The notes beneath the pieces are model-generated. The model was not told the DNA's origin and did not search any database. It worked only from the letters and a program-made list of their open reading frames with translations. Below, one piece after another: positions 62,857-64,000 of a stretch of DNA of 64,000 bases. Both the position numbers and the translations under genes were made by a program. The number at the start of each line of letters is the position of its first letter. The stretch's first letter is position 1. Origin of the DNA: Acidimicrobiia bacterium (lineage in GTDB: Bacteria > Actinomycetota > Acidimicrobiia > Spongiisociales > ZC4RG35); assembly GCA_044867525.1 (NCBI GenBank), contig JBIOVB010000016.1, forward strand, positions 23,685 through 87,684. Reading direction: 5' to 3'.

Positions 62857-64000
62857 GTGAGCCTGGTGGTGTTCCCTTTCAAGGACGAGGATCCGGCAAC
62901 GGTCGGCGCCAACCTGAAGACCGCAGCGGCCCACCATGGAGTCACCGAGGTTTGGGCCGTGGCCGCGACCGACAGCTCCCAAGCCGCCCGGGTGACGGCA
63001 ATCACCGAGGAGATCGCTGCCGGGTCGGGCAAGGCAGTTCGCGTGCTGGCCCAGGAGAGAATCGGCCGCTTCCGGCCCGGCAAGGGTGACGCCATGAACA
63101 CGGCCATCTCCGCCGCCGCCAAACAGGGTTGGGAGCGGGCGCATTTCTTCGATTCCGACATAACCAACTTCGACCACTCATGGATCGATGGGGCCGAGGC
63201 CGCGGCCGACCAGGGATATGGCGTCGTGAGGCACCGATTCCCACGTGCCGCCACAGATGCGATGATCACCTGGATGGTGACCAGGCCCAGCCTGGCCCTT
63301 CTCTTTCCCGGCACATTCCTGCCACGCCTCGATCAGCCCTTGGGAGGCGAGCTGCTCCTCACCGGCCCCGCCCTCGAACTCCTCGTTCGCTCCGATCTGG
63401 TGCGGGATCGCTCGGACTGGGGGATCGACACCGTCATCACATACGCAACCGCCGTCATGGGGCTCGGCCTCTACGAGCATCACGTCGCCGACGGGAAGAG
63501 GCACAGCCTCTACGGCTCGCTGGAGGAGTTGCGGCCGATGCTCATCGAGTGCCTGGCGGCGGCGGTCTCCTTGCGCGGACTGCCCGGGCCCGATGCCGGG
63601 GCACGTCACGGCAGCGATCCCACTCAGCCGGTCCCGCCCGACCTGCTCACGACCGTTGCCTACGACTTCGAGGAGACCACGCTCATCCTCTCCACGCCGC
63701 TCTCGGGAGGAGAGACGGAGCTGATGGCAAGGATGCCCGACGCGGGACGCATCCAGCGCCTGGCCGACCCGGTCCGCCCGTTGCCCGAGCTCATGGACGC
63801 CTCGACCTGGCTCGACACGTTGCGCTTCCTCCACGATGGCTTCGAGATCGGCGAGTCGGCTTGGGAGGCGCTGGCATTCCGGCTGTGGCTGCACCGTGTG
63901 GTCTCCTACACCATGGAATGGGTGCCCAAGGGCTACCAGGCCGCGATCGGGCACCTGGAGGACACGATCCGTGACTACGAGGCCGCCGCAGACCACCATT
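62857..64000 (+). CDS. Mannosylglycerate synthase-like glycosyltransferase (GT78-type), 3' end outside the window
   Basis: This frame is not in the ORF track because it has no stop in the window. The plus frame from GTG 62857 is open for 381 codons. It reads VSLVVFPFKDEDP...RPGKGDAMNTA...HFFDSDITNF...VRHRFPRAATDAMITWMVTRP...QPLGGELLL...RSDWGIDT...LYGSLEELRPMLIEC. From memory this is collinear with Rhodothermus marinus mannosylglycerate synthase. Confidence 0.7.
   Translation, partial: MSLVVFPFKDEDPATVGANLKTAAAHHGVTEVWAVAATDSSQAARVTAITEEIAAGSGKAVRVLAQERIGRFRPGKGDAMNTAISAAAKQGWERAHFFDSDITNFDHSWIDGAEAAADQGYGVVRHRFPRAATDAMITWMVTRPSLALLFPGTFLPRLDQPLGGELLLTGPALELLVRSDLVRDRSDWGIDTVITYATAVMGLGLYEHHVADGKRHSLYGSLEELRPMLIECLAAAVSLRGLPGPDAGARHGSDPTQPVPPDLLTTVAYDFEETTLILSTPLSGGETELMARMPDAGRIQRLADPVRPLPELMDASTWLDTLRFLHDGFEIGESAWEALAFRLWLHRVVSYTMEWVPKGYQAAIGHLEDTIRDYEAAADHH

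Noticed and set aside
63129-63999. Track ORFs 63129-63974 + (281 aa) and 63178-63999 - (273 aa) at the window end.
   Set aside because: Both are Arg/Gly/Pro-rich. A third frame, plus strand from 62857, is absent from the track because it lacks a stop in the window. It gives a well-behaved glycosyltransferase-like sequence and explains the region better.

Overview
Gene-dense, very GC-rich chromosomal segment with about 60 protein-coding genes. I saw no rRNA or tRNA genes, no CRISPR array and no recognisable transposase or integrase. All calls come from reading motifs in the supplied translations and the DNA by eye; no search was run.

The gene content suggests Actinomycetota (inference). It includes an AdnAB-type helicase-nuclease pair, PlsB, a PPOX-fold probable F420 enzyme, menaquinone genes, and many start codons sitting 6-9 nt downstream of a TANNNT hexamer.

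Housekeeping content: adnA/adnB, plsY, dtd, plsB, aceE, a KhtT/CPA2-like antiporter pair, mog, mug, pirin, nfuA-like, thiamine pyrophosphokinase and an L,D-transpeptidase. There is also a beta-oxidation-type cluster (FadD, SDR, MaoC), murI, menF/menD/menC, manC, gcvP behind a glycine riboswitch, ychF and gpsA.

The most interesting items:
1. A herA-mre11(sbcD)-rad50(sbcC)-nurA cassette in the archaeal gene order (56.7-62.8 kb).
2. A mannosylglycerate-synthase-like (GT78-type) gene at the window end. It is missing from the ORF track because it has no stop inside the window (62857-64000).
3. A translationally coupled coxG / cupredoxin / NosD-like beta-helix::PLDc_N fusion / two-domain multicopper oxidase cassette (20.4-24.0 kb).
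4. A B12-binding radical SAM protein with a C-terminal CCAEP tail, heading an ABC-2 exporter operon (9.4-14.6 kb).
5. A 23-codon fossil of an acyl-CoA dehydrogenase 3' end in an intergenic gap.
6. A PPOX-type gene nested inside an ABC transporter operon.
7. Pervasive leaderless-type promoter geometry, which also helps fix several start codons.

Many long ORFs in the track are antisense or alternative-frame artefacts of high GC content and were rejected.
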